DNA of 64,000 nt from Candidatus Micrarchaeota archaeon. Its GTDB lineage: Archaea > Micrarchaeota > Micrarchaeia > Micrarchaeales > CABMGC01. Within the stretch, counting starts at the first letter, position 1, and each line of letters starts with the position of its first letter. The translations under genes and the position numbers were made by a program. Shown here piece after piece: positions 37,194 through 47,510 of this stretch. The notes beneath the pieces were generated by a model. It saw only the letters and a list, made by a program, of their open reading frames with translations, was not told where the DNA came from and did no database searches. Location of the stretch: the NCBI GenBank assembly GCA_021797995.1, contig JAJZYR010000003.1:8798-72797 (forward strand). The letters are read 5' to 3'.

Positions 37194-39416
37194 TCAGTCG
37201 GCCTCCTGGCTATTCATCACGACTGCCATCCTTTCCCTTGCACGCCTGCTGATAAGCTCGCGGAACAGGGCCAACTCCCTCCTAGCGGTCTCGTCCCAGC
37301 TAAATGACCTTGCATTATCTATCGCATTTCTTGATAGCATTGACCATGTCCTCCTGTCAGTAATAACCCTCATGATCGCTTTCTCTATCTGTTTCCTGTC
37401 AGTGGGTTCTATGAGCAGCCCGTTGACATTATCCTTTATTATCTCCCCGGGGCCGCCGTGCCTGGTCGCTATTACCGGCAGTCCGCAAGCGCTCGCCTCA
37501 AGCACTGTAAGTCCGAATGGCTCTATAAGCGCCGGGTTTACAAAGACACCACGGCTTTCGGCAGCAAGGCGATACAGGGCGCCCAGTCCTTCCTTGGAGT
37601 CTATAAACCTGACAAATGACACCGAACCGGCAGAGCGTGTCGCCTCGACAGTCCTTTTCAAGCCTTCATATACTGCCCTCTGGCCCTCATCCTGCTTATT
37701 CCTCATACCGGTAACGATAACCAGATTCGCCGCCTTCTTAAGCCCCGGGCTCCTGCAGAACGCGTCTGCCAGCGCGCCCAGGTTCTTTCCCTTCTCCAGC
37801 CTTGATACGGCAAGGATAATTGGCTTTCCTACCTCGTTTAGCCCCTTTGATATGGTCTTCAGCACATCTGTATGCGCGGGCTCATGCGCGCCTGGCGGAT
37901 GGAATATGCGAAGGTCTATGCCTGGAGGTATCACGTGGAATTTCCTCCTGTCTATTGCGTATCCTGAGTATTGGTTCTCCAGCTCATCATGCGTGCTGAC
38001 TATTACGGCATCGGCCTTGTCGATCGCCGACTGTTCTGCGGCAATCCTCCTTGAAAAATTAAACTTCCTGTCCATATCGGAATAGGTATCCCTGTCGACG
38101 CCTAGCCTTTGCATCTTCGGTATCCCAAGGGAATGGCCCGTAAAGGTCAGCACCGCGTCTGTCCTCTCAGAGAGGACCACTCCGGCAAGCCCCGCGTCAG
38201 CATAATTTGCATGTATTATATCAGGCGGCATCCCCTCGGTATTGATATATTCCATGACATTCTCTACATACTCGCCAATGTAAGGCCACAACCTCGTCTT
38301 TTTAATGTACCCCCTGCCTCCGCAGTTTATCCTCACTATCTTAAACTTCCTGTTGATATACTCCATGTACTTCCCATAAACGGGGTACATGGGATCCCTA
38401 ATCCTGCGCGTTATCAAGTCCACCTGCACCACCCCCGGAAGCCTGGAAAGCGCCTTGGCAAGCTCGACCACATATACGACCTGTCCTCCGGTATCCTCAT
38501 CCCTTCCAAGATCCGTATACTTCCCGTCAACAAGCCCGTGCATAGAATGTATCTGTATTACCAGTCCTGTGTTCTTATTCTTGGAGAAGATCCTAAAATG
38601 CAGTGCGCCTTCAAGCACCCCGCATACATCGTTTCCGCTGCAGCATCCATACCTGCCTTTTGAGAGATAAAGGGTAGGAAACGTGGACTTCTTCCTTGTC
38701 TTTCTTAAGATCGTGTGCTTAAGCTGGCTCTCTGCGTTGTTCACCACTATGGTATTTATATTGCTTGTAAGCATGTCGATGTCGTTTCCGCTGTCTCCTG
38801 CAAATATCGTATCATGGCTCCTTATCCCAAGCCTCTTTCTAAGCGTCTCCACGGCCCTTCTCTTCGACGCGCCCCTCGGGAGTATGTCCATCAGCATACG
38901 GTCTTCCTTCCCTTTGCTTAGGATAACGGTGTACCGGACTTTCATCTTGTCTAGTCTGTGATGGAGCTCCTCAAGGGCCTGCCCCTTTCGCGATACAGAG
39001 AGGTAGAAACTGCATTTGAATTCGGACTGTACGCCTTCCCCCTGCTTCTTCACCCCCCTTATCGCGCTCACGGATCTTAATAGGGCATCAGAGGTCCCTG
39101 AAGGCCAGATATTCCTGAGGAACGCATGCAGCGTCCTGTCTTCCGCCCACCTTCCCCCTCTGCCCCTAGAGTATATCTTTGTTCCAACATCTGTTATCAG
39201 GTAGTCGGGTTCGGGCAGCTGATAATCCCTGATGGCTTCCAGCGTCAGTTCAAGGTTCCTTCCGGTGACGTAGCAGCTCCGCACCCATTGGCTCTTCTTA
39301 AGCAAGTCTTTCAGGTGCCCGAGGCACTTCCGGTCCGGCATGCCGTAAAATGGAAACATCGTGCCGTCGAGGTCCGAGCAGAACAGCCTGTAGCTATTAC
39401 TGCCATAGTTTCCCAT
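37194..39416 (-). CDS. fusion protein: N-terminal HAD phosphatase (sucrose-phosphate-phosphatase-like) plus C-terminal sucrose-phosphate-synthase-like GT-B glycosyltransferase
   Basis: 740 aa. HAD motifs DLDGT, VTGR and GDSGNDIDML are followed by the SPS-type signature LGRDEDTGGQVVYVVELAKAL and EPFGLTVLEASACGLPVIATRHGGPGEII. Confidence 0.75.
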   Translation of the reverse strand: MGNYGSNSYRLFCSDLDGTMFPFYGMPDRKCLGHLKDLLKKSQWVRSCYVTGRNLELTLEAIRDYQLPEPDYLITDVGTKIYSRGRGGRWAEDRTLHAFLRNIWPSGTSDALLRSVSAIRGVKKQGEGVQSEFKCSFYLSVSRKGQALEELHHRLDKMKVRYTVILSKGKEDRMLMDILPRGASKRRAVETLRKRLGIRSHDTIFAGDSGNDIDMLTSNINTIVVNNAESQLKHTILRKTRKKSTFPTLYLSKGRYGCCSGNDVCGVLEGALHFRIFSKNKNTGLVIQIHSMHGLVDGKYTDLGRDEDTGGQVVYVVELAKALSRLPGVVQVDLITRRIRDPMYPVYGKYMEYINRKFKIVRINCGGRGYIKKTRLWPYIGEYVENVMEYINTEGMPPDIIHANYADAGLAGVVLSERTDAVLTFTGHSLGIPKMQRLGVDRDTYSDMDRKFNFSRRIAAEQSAIDKADAVIVSTHDELENQYSGYAIDRRKFHVIPPGIDLRIFHPPGAHEPAHTDVLKTISKGLNEVGKPIILAVSRLEKGKNLGALADAFCRSPGLKKAANLVIVTGMRNKQDEGQRAVYEGLKRTVEATRSAGSVSFVRFIDSKEGLGALYRLAAESRGVFVNPALIEPFGLTVLEASACGLPVIATRHGGPGEIIKDNVNGLLIEPTDRKQIEKAIMRVITDRRTWSMLSRNAIDNARSFSWDETARRELALFRELISRRARERMAVVMNSQEAD

Positions 39417-39529
39417 CCGATCCCCGCTACTATTCTCTGCAAAAGTATATTATTCCTTTCGGAGGAAATAAAGGCGCCACCCTGCACATGCTGCCGCCGA
39501 ACTGGACAAAAGGCTATTAAGCCTGCGCC

Positions 39530-40222
39530 ATGCATGACCTCATCATGAACGGAAAACTGTGCGCAGCCATAGTGTCAAGCAATCCGGAGTCAATGATACA
39601 GTCTGCAAGGGAGGCGCTCTCCCTCGGCGCCGACCTGGTGGAGTTCAGGCTGGACCATCTTGACAAGATCAACGGCAGCCTGCCTTCAATGCTTCGGGAG
39701 TTCTCCGACAAGTGCATAATTACGATAAGAGAAAAGAACCAGGGCGGCGCATTCAAGGGATCAGAGCAGGAGCGCCTTGCACTGCTCAGGTCATTCTCGC
39801 TGATACACCCTCTTTATATAGACATTGAGCTTGATGCTGCAGAGCAAAACCCCGAGGTTGTCAGGGAGCTCTCGAAAGGGGCGCAGAATGTAATTGTCTC
39901 GTACCACGACTTCAGCTCAACGCCAGATCTAGACATGCTGATAAGCATCTATAACAGGCAATCGGCCATAGGAGGCATATCAAAGCTGATTACCACCGCA
40001 AAATCGGCGCAGGACAACATAAACATACTCTCGCTCTACAAGAAGGTCAAGCCAAACGGCAAATTAATATCGTTCGCCATGGGCGACCTCGGCGTCCTTA
40101 CAAGGATACTCTGCCTTTATGCAGGGAGTCCTGTTAGTTATGTCTCATTCGGCAAGAGGGCATCGGCACCGGGCCAGATCCCTCTTGAAGTCATGAAGAA
40201 TCTGATCGCAGACCCGCAGTGA
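39530..40222 (+). CDS. aroD: 3-dehydroquinate dehydratase, type I
   Basis: 230-aa ORF with ADLVEFRLDHL, VSYHDFSSTP, ISKLITTA (catalytic Lys context) and ISFAMG. Confidence 0.88.
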   Translation: MHDLIMNGKLCAAIVSSNPESMIQSAREALSLGADLVEFRLDHLDKINGSLPSMLREFSDKCIITIREKNQGGAFKGSEQERLALLRSFSLIHPLYIDIELDAAEQNPEVVRELSKGAQNVIVSYHDFSSTPDLDMLISIYNRQSAIGGISKLITTAKSAQDNINILSLYKKVKPNGKLISFAMGDLGVLTRILCLYAGSPVSYVSFGKRASAPGQIPLEVMKNLIADPQ

Positions 40223-40283
40223 GCGATAAATAAGTGCGCAAATGACCAGAGAGAAAGGATAAAGCGATAAAATCCGTGTAAAT

Positions 40284-41198
40284 ATGATGAAGGTTTCCGA
40301 AACCGGCAATGTAAAATCTTTGGCTGCGGAGATAGCCCGCCTTGAAAATGTGGGTAAGATATCCCAAAATACAGGGCTTTGCATACTCCTTGTAGGGCTC
40401 GACAAGGCATCCCCGCTTAGCCCCACCATGCACAACGCCGCTTATGGGGGCATGGGAGAGGACATCCTATACATACGCGCCGCTACAGATGACCTAAAAG
40501 GGAGGGTCGGAGAGATGCGCAGCCTCGGTGCAAGGTTCAGGGGTGCGAGTGTCGGGATACCTTACAAACAGGATATAATGCAATATCTCGATTCTGTAGA
40601 TGAGACGTCAAGAGCCATAGGGGCGGTTAACACCGTAGTGAACAGGAACGGAAAGCTATACGGCTACAACTCCGACTGGACAGGCGCAGAGAAGGCAATA
40701 GGGGAAAAAGCCAAGTGGGACGATATAAAAAGCGCGACTCTCGTAGGGGCAGGCGGGGCGGGAATGGCGATTGCGTACATGCTCAGGAGGAGGGGGATAA
40801 GGGTCACGGTCTACAACAGGACTCCTGACAGGGCTGAGAAGGTTGCAGCTGCCCTCGGGGTTGCAAATGGCGGAGGACTGGCAGGGCTGGAGAAGGCAAA
40901 ACCCTCCGATCTCATCGTAAATGCAACATCAGTAGGGTCTAAGCTTGGCGGCCATGTTGGCGAATCCCTGGTGCCTGAAGAAGTGCTGAGGAAGAGCAAG
41001 GCTGCATTCGATGCGGTATACCTGCCGCGCGATACGAAATTCCTAGAGCAGGCCAAGGCCGCAGGATTGACGGTAGTCCATGGGGACCGCATGCTCCTAT
41101 TCCAGGCAGTGACGCAGGTCGAGCTGTTCACCGGAAGAAAAGCGCCTGTAGACACTATGGAGAAGGCGCTAAACGACTATCTGCGGTCGATAAGCTAA
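40284..41198 (+). CDS. aroE: shikimate dehydrogenase
   Basis: SPLSPTMHNAAY substrate motif, NTV..NGKLYGYNSD and GAGGAGMAIAYML Rossmann motif. Confidence 0.88.
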   Translation: MMKVSETGNVKSLAAEIARLENVGKISQNTGLCILLVGLDKASPLSPTMHNAAYGGMGEDILYIRAATDDLKGRVGEMRSLGARFRGASVGIPYKQDIMQYLDSVDETSRAIGAVNTVVNRNGKLYGYNSDWTGAEKAIGEKAKWDDIKSATLVGAGGAGMAIAYMLRRRGIRVTVYNRTPDRAEKVAAALGVANGGGLAGLEKAKPSDLIVNATSVGSKLGGHVGESLVPEEVLRKSKAAFDAVYLPRDTKFLEQAKAAGLTVVHGDRMLLFQAVTQVELFTGRKAPVDTMEKALNDYLRSIS

Positions 41199-41215
41199 CA
41201 GGCTTGCACCGCCGC

Positions 41216-41995
41216 CTACCCAGAGCTGCTCATGTCCGCCGCAAACCTCTCTACTTCATCAAGAGCTCTATGGTCTACGCGGAGCCCGCTACCAATGTAT
41301 TTTGAGTAGATATCGATCAATTTGCTTCCTACTATAATCCCATCGGCTCCGGCACCGGCAAACTGCCTTGCATGTTCCGCACTTGAAACCCCGAATCCAA
41401 CGCACAGCGTCCTGTCTTTTCCTGCCAGGTTCCTGATCCTCCTGACAAAAGACAGGCTGGAGCTGCTTATCCTTTTCACCGCACCAGTAGTTCCGGCCGC
41501 AGACACCAGATATGTAAACAGGTGGTTTCCCTTGTTAGAGTCATTCAGTATCTTTACCGCCCGTTTGCTGCTCGTATTCGGCGCAATTAAATTGACTATG
41601 GAAATCCCGTGCCTTCTGGCCATTCTCTCGAATCTTATATCCTCATTAAACGGCAGGTCAGGGACGATTATCCCCTGAATCCCGACCTCTTTCATCTTTT
41701 TCAGGAAATTTTCCCGGCCGTAGGCATATGCAGTATTGTAGTATGCCATGAAGACAAACGGAACGCGGATGCCCTCCCTGCGCAGCCGCCCTGCCATTGA
41801 GAATATCTTGTCAACATTTGCGCCGTTTCTCAATGCCCTGTTTGCTGCGGCCTGGATCGTTTTTCCGTCCGCTATCGGATCCGAAAAGGGGATTCCCAAT
41901 TCGATCATGCTGGAGTATGGGGCCAGCTTCTTGACCATCGCACGCGTGAACTTCATGTCAGGGTCTCCGCAGCAAACGTATGGTATAAACATCAT
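41216..41995 (-). CDS. trpA: tryptophan synthase alpha chain
   Basis: 259-aa ORF with [13 protein letters not shown] and the GFG..S pattern. Overlaps trpB by 4 nt. Confidence 0.9.
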   Translation of the reverse strand: MMFIPYVCCGDPDMKFTRAMVKKLAPYSSMIELGIPFSDPIADGKTIQAAANRALRNGANVDKIFSMAGRLRREGIRVPFVFMAYYNTAYAYGRENFLKKMKEVGIQGIIVPDLPFNEDIRFERMARRHGISIVNLIAPNTSSKRAVKILNDSNKGNHLFTYLVSAAGTTGAVKRISSSSLSFVRRIRNLAGKDRTLCVGFGVSSAEHARQFAGAGADGIIVGSKLIDIYSKYIGSGLRVDHRALDEVERFAADMSSSG

Positions 41996-43170
41996 GCCAG
42001 CTCCCCCTCGATCCTGGCCACGTACTCAACATCCTTATCCCCTCTTCCGGAGAGGTTCACGATTATCACGGCGTCTTTCCGGCATTTCTTGACCAGCGTT
42101 GGAAGATATGCCACCGCATGCGACGACTCCAGGGCCGGAATGATTCCCTCGACCTGCGAGAGCATATGAAAGCCGCGTAGCGCCTCCGAATCCCTTACAG
42201 AGACGTAGTTCACCCGTCTCTGTTCGTGCAGGTATGCGTGCTCAGGGCCTACCGCAGGATAATCAAGGCCCGCAGAGACAGAATGCGTCTCCCTAATCTG
42301 CCCGTATTTGTCCTGCAGCACGTAAGAGAAGGACCCGTGCAATACGCCCTTCCTGCCGTCCCCGCTCAGGCGTGCCGCATGTTTTCCGCTCCTGATTCCC
42401 CGGCCTCCGGCCTCGACGCCTATCATCCTTACTCCCTTGTCTTTCAGGAATGCAGAGAATATCCCAATCGCATTGCTCCCTCCGCCGACGCAAGCCACAA
42501 TATAATCGGGAAGCCTGCCCTCCGCCTTCAATATCTGCTGCCTTGCCTCTTTTCCTATGACTGACTGAAAGTGCTTTACTATTGTGGGATATGGGTGCGG
42601 CCCCAGCGCGGATCCTATGACGTAGTGCGTGTCCTTAAAGCTCGTGGCGTAGTCCCGAAGGGCCTCGTTTATCGCATCCTTCAGGGTGCGCGACCCGGAA
42701 TCGACGATATTGACCTTAGCGCCAAGCAATTTCATCCTGTAGACGTTAAGGCTTTGGCGCTTTGCGTCCTCGGCCCCCATATAAATTTCGCATTTCAGCC
42801 CGAACAGCGCTGCGGCTGTTGCAGTTGCGACCCCATGCTGTCCAGCCCCCGTTTCGGCAATTACCCTGCTCTTGCCAATGTATCTTGCCAGGAGCAGCTG
42901 TCCGATCGTGTTGTTTATCTTATGGGCCCCCGTGTGCAGAAGGTCCTCTCTTTTTAGGTAGATCCTTGCGCCTCCAAGCTTCTTGCTGAGCCTCTCCGCA
43001 AAATAGAGCGCCGTAGGCCTTCCGGCATACTCAAAGAGGTAGTAGTGCAGCTCTGAATTGAACTTCGGATCCCGTCTTGCCCTCTTAAAAGAGGACTCCA
43101 GTTCCTGCAGCACAGGCACTAGCAATTCCGAAATGTATGTGCCTCCAAACTCCCCAAATCTAGTATTCAT
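41992..43170 (-). CDS. trpB: tryptophan synthase beta chain
   Basis: 392-aa ORF with [15 protein letters not shown] (PLP lysine), GAGQHG and GGGSNAIG. Confidence 0.93.
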   Translation of the reverse strand: MNTRFGEFGGTYISELLVPVLQELESSFKRARRDPKFNSELHYYLFEYAGRPTALYFAERLSKKLGGARIYLKREDLLHTGAHKINNTIGQLLLARYIGKSRVIAETGAGQHGVATATAAALFGLKCEIYMGAEDAKRQSLNVYRMKLLGAKVNIVDSGSRTLKDAINEALRDYATSFKDTHYVIGSALGPHPYPTIVKHFQSVIGKEARQQILKAEGRLPDYIVACVGGGSNAIGIFSAFLKDKGVRMIGVEAGGRGIRSGKHAARLSGDGRKGVLHGSFSYVLQDKYGQIRETHSVSAGLDYPAVGPEHAYLHEQRRVNYVSVRDSEALRGFHMLSQVEGIIPALESSHAVAYLPTLVKKCRKDAVIIVNLSGRGDKDVEYVARIEGELA

Positions 43171-43171
43171 G

Positions 43172-43945
43172 TCAATCCTTCAAGCTGAGTTCACTGATCT
43201 TCGCGCGCTGATCAGCAGCGAGCCACAGGGCAGTGCCCACCAGTATGCCCTTTATTCCGCACTTTCTCACAAAATCCACATCTTTTCTGGACTTTATCCC
43301 GCTCTCGCTGATGACCGGCTTGCCGGAATTGGCTGGAGCCCTCTGCATTATGCTTGACGTTCTCGTAAGATCCACATGCAGGGTCTTTAAGTCCCTGTTG
43401 TTTATTCCCAGTATGTCTGCCTTTGTAAGCGCCGCCCTCCTCATCTCCTCCTCATCATAGCACTCAAGCAGGACTTCCAATCCCAGGGAATGCGCCTCAT
43501 CTATCAGTGCGTCAAGGTCGAGGTCCATCCTGTCGGCCACCTTTACGATCAGCAGCACGCAGTCCGCGCCAAAGTATGATGCTGCATGTATCTGCGCTTT
43601 GCATATGACAAAGTCCTTGAAGAGCACCGGCAGCCCGGTTCTGGCCGCGATCGGTATGTTGTCAAGGCTGCCCTTGAAGATCTTTGGCTCCACCACAACG
43701 GAAATCGCATCAGCTCCGCCTTCCTTGAATACCGAAGAGGTCTTTTCCACGTCAATCCCGCTAAAAGAGTAATCGCCGGCAGGCGAGGCATGCTTTATCT
43801 CGGCAATCAGGGTGAAGCTGTTGTCTGCTAGCCTCCGCCTTAAAGAGACCGGCGTCTTCCTCGTAGGTGCCCTCCCCGGCAGTACGTAATACCCGCTTTT
43901 TACGTTCTCCCGGGCCTGCTCTATGAACTTATCAAGAATGTCCAT
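43172..43945 (-). CDS. trpC: indole-3-glycerol-phosphate synthase
   Basis: [13 protein letters not shown] and INNRDL motifs. The track ORF extends to 44068, but the Met at 43945 (MDILDKF) gives the normal length and only a 14-nt overlap with trpD. Confidence 0.88.
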   Translation of the reverse strand: MDILDKFIEQARENVKSGYYVLPGRAPTRKTPVSLRRRLADNSFTLIAEIKHASPAGDYSFSGIDVEKTSSVFKEGGADAISVVVEPKIFKGSLDNIPIAARTGLPVLFKDFVICKAQIHAASYFGADCVLLIVKVADRMDLDLDALIDEAHSLGLEVLLECYDEEEMRRAALTKADILGINNRDLKTLHVDLTRTSSIMQRAPANSGKPVISESGIKSRKDVDFVRKCGIKGILVGTALWLAADQRAKISELSLKD

Positions 43946-44945
43946 CGTAATCCCTGAATAAATACAGCTTTTCCAAAGCGCGCCCAGAATCGATCGACTC
44001 CGCAGCCGCACTGACTCCGTCCCCGATGCTCTTTGCCAGCCCGCTTGCATAAATGGCGGCCCCTGCATTTAAAACAGTAACGTCTCCTGCTGCCCCACCC
44101 TCCCCCCTGAGAACTCTTAGTATCATCCTTGCGCTCTCCCGGCGTCCGTCCGCCCGTATCTTCGCGATCGGGCTGCGTTTAAGCCCAAAGTCTTCCGGGG
44201 AGATCGAATAGTTATCCACCGTGTTTCCCGAGACCTCATACACCTCGGTTTCGCCAGATATGGAGATTTCGTCAAGGTCGCTGCCTACTACAAGGGATCG
44301 CTCGGTGCCCAATACCATCAGCGCCTCCGCCATCTTCCCCAGAAATGCCTTGTCATAAACGCCAATGAGCTGCCTCTTCGCGTTTGCAGGGTTTGTCAGT
44401 GGGCCCAAAAGATTGAAGATCGTCTTAAACCCGAGTTCCTTTCTCACTGGCGCAACATGCCTCATGGCGGGACTGAAAGAAGGTGCAAACAGAAAGGTAA
44501 TCCCTATCTCTTCCAGCTGCTGCTGGGCAGCCTTCGGATCGGTAATGAGCGATGCCCCAAGTTCTTCCAGCACGTCAGCACTGCCGCTCTTGCTTGATGC
44601 CGCTCTGTTTCCGTGCTTTGCCATGCTTGCACCGGCCCCCGCCGCGACAAATGCCGCACAGGTGGATATGTTAAATGTCCCCATTCCGTCCCCGCCGGTC
44701 CCTGCCGTATCGACAAGATTGTTTACTCTCGGAGATATCTTTATCCCGTTCCTATTCATCGTCCTGGCAAACGCAACAAGCTCTCCCACACTCTCCACCT
44801 TTGTTTTCAGCGATGCGAGTAGCGCGGCGATCCTGACGCTGCTTACCTTCCCTTCCATTATCTCCTGCAGCGCGAATCCGGCCTCGCTCTCCTCAAGGTC
44901 TTTGCGCTCAGTCAATTTCTTAAGTATCTCGGAAAAGTCGTTCAT
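43932..44945 (-). CDS. trpD: anthranilate phosphoribosyltransferase
   Basis: 337-aa ORF with DTAGTGGDG, KHGNRA.SS.SGSADVLE and FAP..HPAM-like blocks. Confidence 0.92.
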   Translation of the reverse strand: MNDFSEILKKLTERKDLEESEAGFALQEIMEGKVSSVRIAALLASLKTKVESVGELVAFARTMNRNGIKISPRVNNLVDTAGTGGDGMGTFNISTCAAFVAAGAGASMAKHGNRAASSKSGSADVLEELGASLITDPKAAQQQLEEIGITFLFAPSFSPAMRHVAPVRKELGFKTIFNLLGPLTNPANAKRQLIGVYDKAFLGKMAEALMVLGTERSLVVGSDLDEISISGETEVYEVSGNTVDNYSISPEDFGLKRSPIAKIRADGRRESARMILRVLRGEGGAAGDVTVLNAGAAIYASGLAKSIGDGVSAAAESIDSGRALEKLYLFRDYDGHS

Positions 44946-45532
44946 GCGGACACATCAACATGCAGGAAATTCTTAAGGATCCTGCTTCCTTCGTCAGTCA
45001 GGATAGATTCCGGATGGAACTGGATCCCAAAGATCGGAAGTGCAACGTGCTGGACCGCCATTATCTCCCCGTCATCCTCGCTCCTTGCGGTTATTCTGAG
45101 GCAATCCGGGAGCGATTTCTCCTCTGCTACAAGGGAATGGTACCTCATGGCCTTTGTAGGGTTTCCAATCCCTGCAAATATCCGCATCCCGTCATGTTTT
45201 ATCATGCTCATCTTTCCATGCATCGGCGTCTTCGCGCGTATTATCCTGCCTCCGAATGCGCTCACAATGCCCTGATGGCCTAGGCAGATGCCCAGTATCG
45301 GAGTCCTGCAGCCCAGCTTGGCAATAACCTGACTGCAGACTCCAAAATCTCTCTTAATGCCGGGATTGCCGGGGCCCGGAGAGATGACAATCTTGTCATA
45401 ACCCCCCTTTTTTATTCCATCTACTGTTATTGCATTATTCCTGGCAACAACCACGTCAGCGCCAAGGCTGCCAAGAGCCTGATAGATGTTGTAGACAAAA
45501 GAGTCAAAATTATCTATTAACAGTATTTTCAT
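44942..45532 (-). CDS. trpG: anthranilate synthase component II (glutamine amidotransferase)
   Basis: 196-aa ORF with LIDNFDSFVYN, GICLGHQ (catalytic Cys) and the HPES triad. Confidence 0.92.
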   Translation of the reverse strand: MKILLIDNFDSFVYNIYQALGSLGADVVVARNNAITVDGIKKGGYDKIVISPGPGNPGIKRDFGVCSQVIAKLGCRTPILGICLGHQGIVSAFGGRIIRAKTPMHGKMSMIKHDGMRIFAGIGNPTKAMRYHSLVAEEKSLPDCLRITARSEDDGEIMAVQHVALPIFGIQFHPESILTDEGSRILKNFLHVDVSA

Positions 45533-46892
45533 TACTAACCACGCTTATTGCCTCAAGCAGCCCCCTTGCCTTATGTTCCGTTTCCTGAAACTCGTTCTCC
45601 GGAACGCTGTCATAGACTATGCCACCTCCTGATTGTATATATGCCTTGCCCTTGTTTGCGAACAGCGTCCTCAACCCAATTGCAAAATCAGAATTGCCAT
45701 TGGAAGAGAAATATCCGACTGCGCCTGCATACGGCCCCCTCCTGGAGTTCTCAAGCCTGTCGATTATCTCTATCGCCCTTATTTTTGGGGCGCCCGACAC
45801 CGTGCCGGCAGGAAAGATGGCGTTAAATGCGTCAAATGCATCCTTGCCTCTATCCAGCCTCGCCGTAACCAGCGATGAGATGTGCTGGACATGCGAAAAC
45901 TTGACTATGCGCATAAGCTCAGGAACCTTTACGGTGCCTATTTCTGCAACCTTTCCTACGTCATTTCTCGTCAGGTCGACAAGCATTATGTGTTCTGCAC
46001 GCTCCTTCTCGTCGCCCAGCAGGTCCTTCTCCAGCTTCCTGTCCTCTTTCAGGGTCTTGCCCCTGGGCCTGGTCCCTGCAATTGTTGCGTAACTTGTAAT
46101 CTTCCTGCCATTTATGCGGATTAAGTTCTCCGGACTTGAGCCGACAATCTGCCTCTCCCTAAATTTCAGGTAATACATGTACGGAGATGGATTTATTGTC
46201 TTTAACCTGTTGTAAAACGGGAGCATGCTCCCGGAAAAATCCGTTTCGTAGCGCTTTGACAGCACCGTCTGGAATACCTCCCCTGCCCTTATGTACTCTT
46301 TTACCGCTTCCACGTTCCTGCAGTACTTCTCCCTTGACACATTGCATTTCATGCCAGACGCACGGAAGGGCGCGCCTGACGGCCCTGCATCTTTCACAAA
46401 CGCAAGTATATCGCCGAGCCGGTTTTCCCGATGATAAATATAATTTATGCTGCCTGACTTATGATCAAATACCACTGCATCGTCAAAAATGCCAAATTCA
46501 AAGTCTGGGAAGTGCACCTCATCCTTGATCTCCCTGAGCCTTTCTATGTACCTAAAATAATCAAAGGAAAAGTATCCTACCGCCCCTCCGGTAAATCCCT
46601 CCGACTTCGCATTGCTCCTGGAGATCTCGTGTTTCAGCATCTTGATAGGGTCTCCCGCGTCGAGCTGATCACCATCCACATCCAGCACCCCGTCCTTGAG
46701 CGCGATCCTCCTTGCCGGTGAGAATCCCAGGAAGGAGTACCGTGCCAGTTTCTCCTGGCCTTCCGTGCTTTCAAGCAGGAATGCAGTATCGCAATGTTCC
46801 AAGATCGCCGAGAACAGCCCTGCCGGCGAGAGCTTCAGTCCTACAGGCATGACCTTAGACGCAACTACATTTCTGCCGCAATCAGCTCTCAT
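45510..46892 (-). CDS. trpE: anthranilate synthase component I
   Basis: 460-aa chorismate-binding enzyme pattern (LESTEG..., SPE.L.R, GAPK..A..II..LE...RG.Y.GAVGY). Confidence 0.92.
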   Translation of the reverse strand: MRADCGRNVVASKVMPVGLKLSPAGLFSAILEHCDTAFLLESTEGQEKLARYSFLGFSPARRIALKDGVLDVDGDQLDAGDPIKMLKHEISRSNAKSEGFTGGAVGYFSFDYFRYIERLREIKDEVHFPDFEFGIFDDAVVFDHKSGSINYIYHRENRLGDILAFVKDAGPSGAPFRASGMKCNVSREKYCRNVEAVKEYIRAGEVFQTVLSKRYETDFSGSMLPFYNRLKTINPSPYMYYLKFRERQIVGSSPENLIRINGRKITSYATIAGTRPRGKTLKEDRKLEKDLLGDEKERAEHIMLVDLTRNDVGKVAEIGTVKVPELMRIVKFSHVQHISSLVTARLDRGKDAFDAFNAIFPAGTVSGAPKIRAIEIIDRLENSRRGPYAGAVGYFSSNGNSDFAIGLRTLFANKGKAYIQSGGGIVYDSVPENEFQETEHKARGLLEAISVVSNENTVNR

Positions 46893-46933
46893 TTGGACCT
46901 CGCCTATCCTTGAGAGTATATCTTATGATATTG

Positions 46934-46946
46934 TATATATTTAAAC
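46934..46946. promoter_or_regulatory. AT-rich bidirectional TATA region between trpE and the ACT-domain gene
   Basis: TATATATTTAAAC lies about 28 nt upstream of the ATG at 46969 (plus strand) and about 45 nt upstream of the trpE ATG (minus strand). Confidence 0.45.
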
Positions 46947-46968
46947 CTTTATGTACATAAATATACAT

Positions 46969-47469
46969 ATGTTAAAGCCATTCGCCAGCGTCTTCGGCAA
47001 CGCAAGGGGAAGAAGGATAGTTGCAACTGAATTCCTGCGCCTGGGGCTGAGAATAGACGGGAACGGAAAGATATACGTTGGAAATATAGAAGTGTCGCCT
47101 GCAAAGGTTGGGAGAGCGCTGAATGTGGACAGGAGGGTCGTAATAGAGACTGCAAAGGCGATTGCAAACGACGACAGACTGCTGCAGGTCTTTTACAGGC
47201 TGGAGTCCCGCGCTTTTATCGGGAACGCCGCAAGGGAGCTCGGATTCGATACGGTAGAGATAAGGGCCGATCCAAGAAAAAAGGGAATAGTCGCGTCTGT
47301 GACCAGAGTCCTTGCTGAAAACGGCATCGTTATAAGACAGATAATAAGCGACGATCCGGACATATTTCCGGATCCGGTGCTTACGATTATAATAAACGGG
47401 AAGCTTGATGCGGGCGTTATCAAGAAATTAAAGGAACTCAGGTTCGCCACACAAATACTGATAAAATAG
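46969..47469 (+). CDS. ACT-domain regulator of amino-acid metabolism (archaeal COG2150-like)
   Basis: The C-terminal GIVASVTRVLAENGIVIRQIISDDP... is an ACT fold. Sits between the trp and aro operons. Start chosen by TATA spacing; the ORF is open from 46951. Confidence 0.65.
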   Translation: MLKPFASVFGNARGRRIVATEFLRLGLRIDGNGKIYVGNIEVSPAKVGRALNVDRRVVIETAKAIANDDRLLQVFYRLESRAFIGNAARELGFDTVEIRADPRKKGIVASVTRVLAENGIVIRQIISDDPDIFPDPVLTIIINGKLDAGVIKKLKELRFATQILIK

Positions 47470-47510
47470 CGCATCGCATGCAGCGCAGTGGCATAAGTTT
47501 TTAACGATGA

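Noticed and set aside
43946-44068. N-terminal 41-aa extension of the trpC ORF in the track. Similar over-extensions affect the chorismate mutase (50340-50438), rps2 (29682-29720), dut-like (55649-55690) and PRC-barrel (57825-57872) ORFs.
   Set aside because: The extensions overlap upstream genes or RNA genes, lack family similarity, and internal Met codons give canonical protein lengths and operon spacing.
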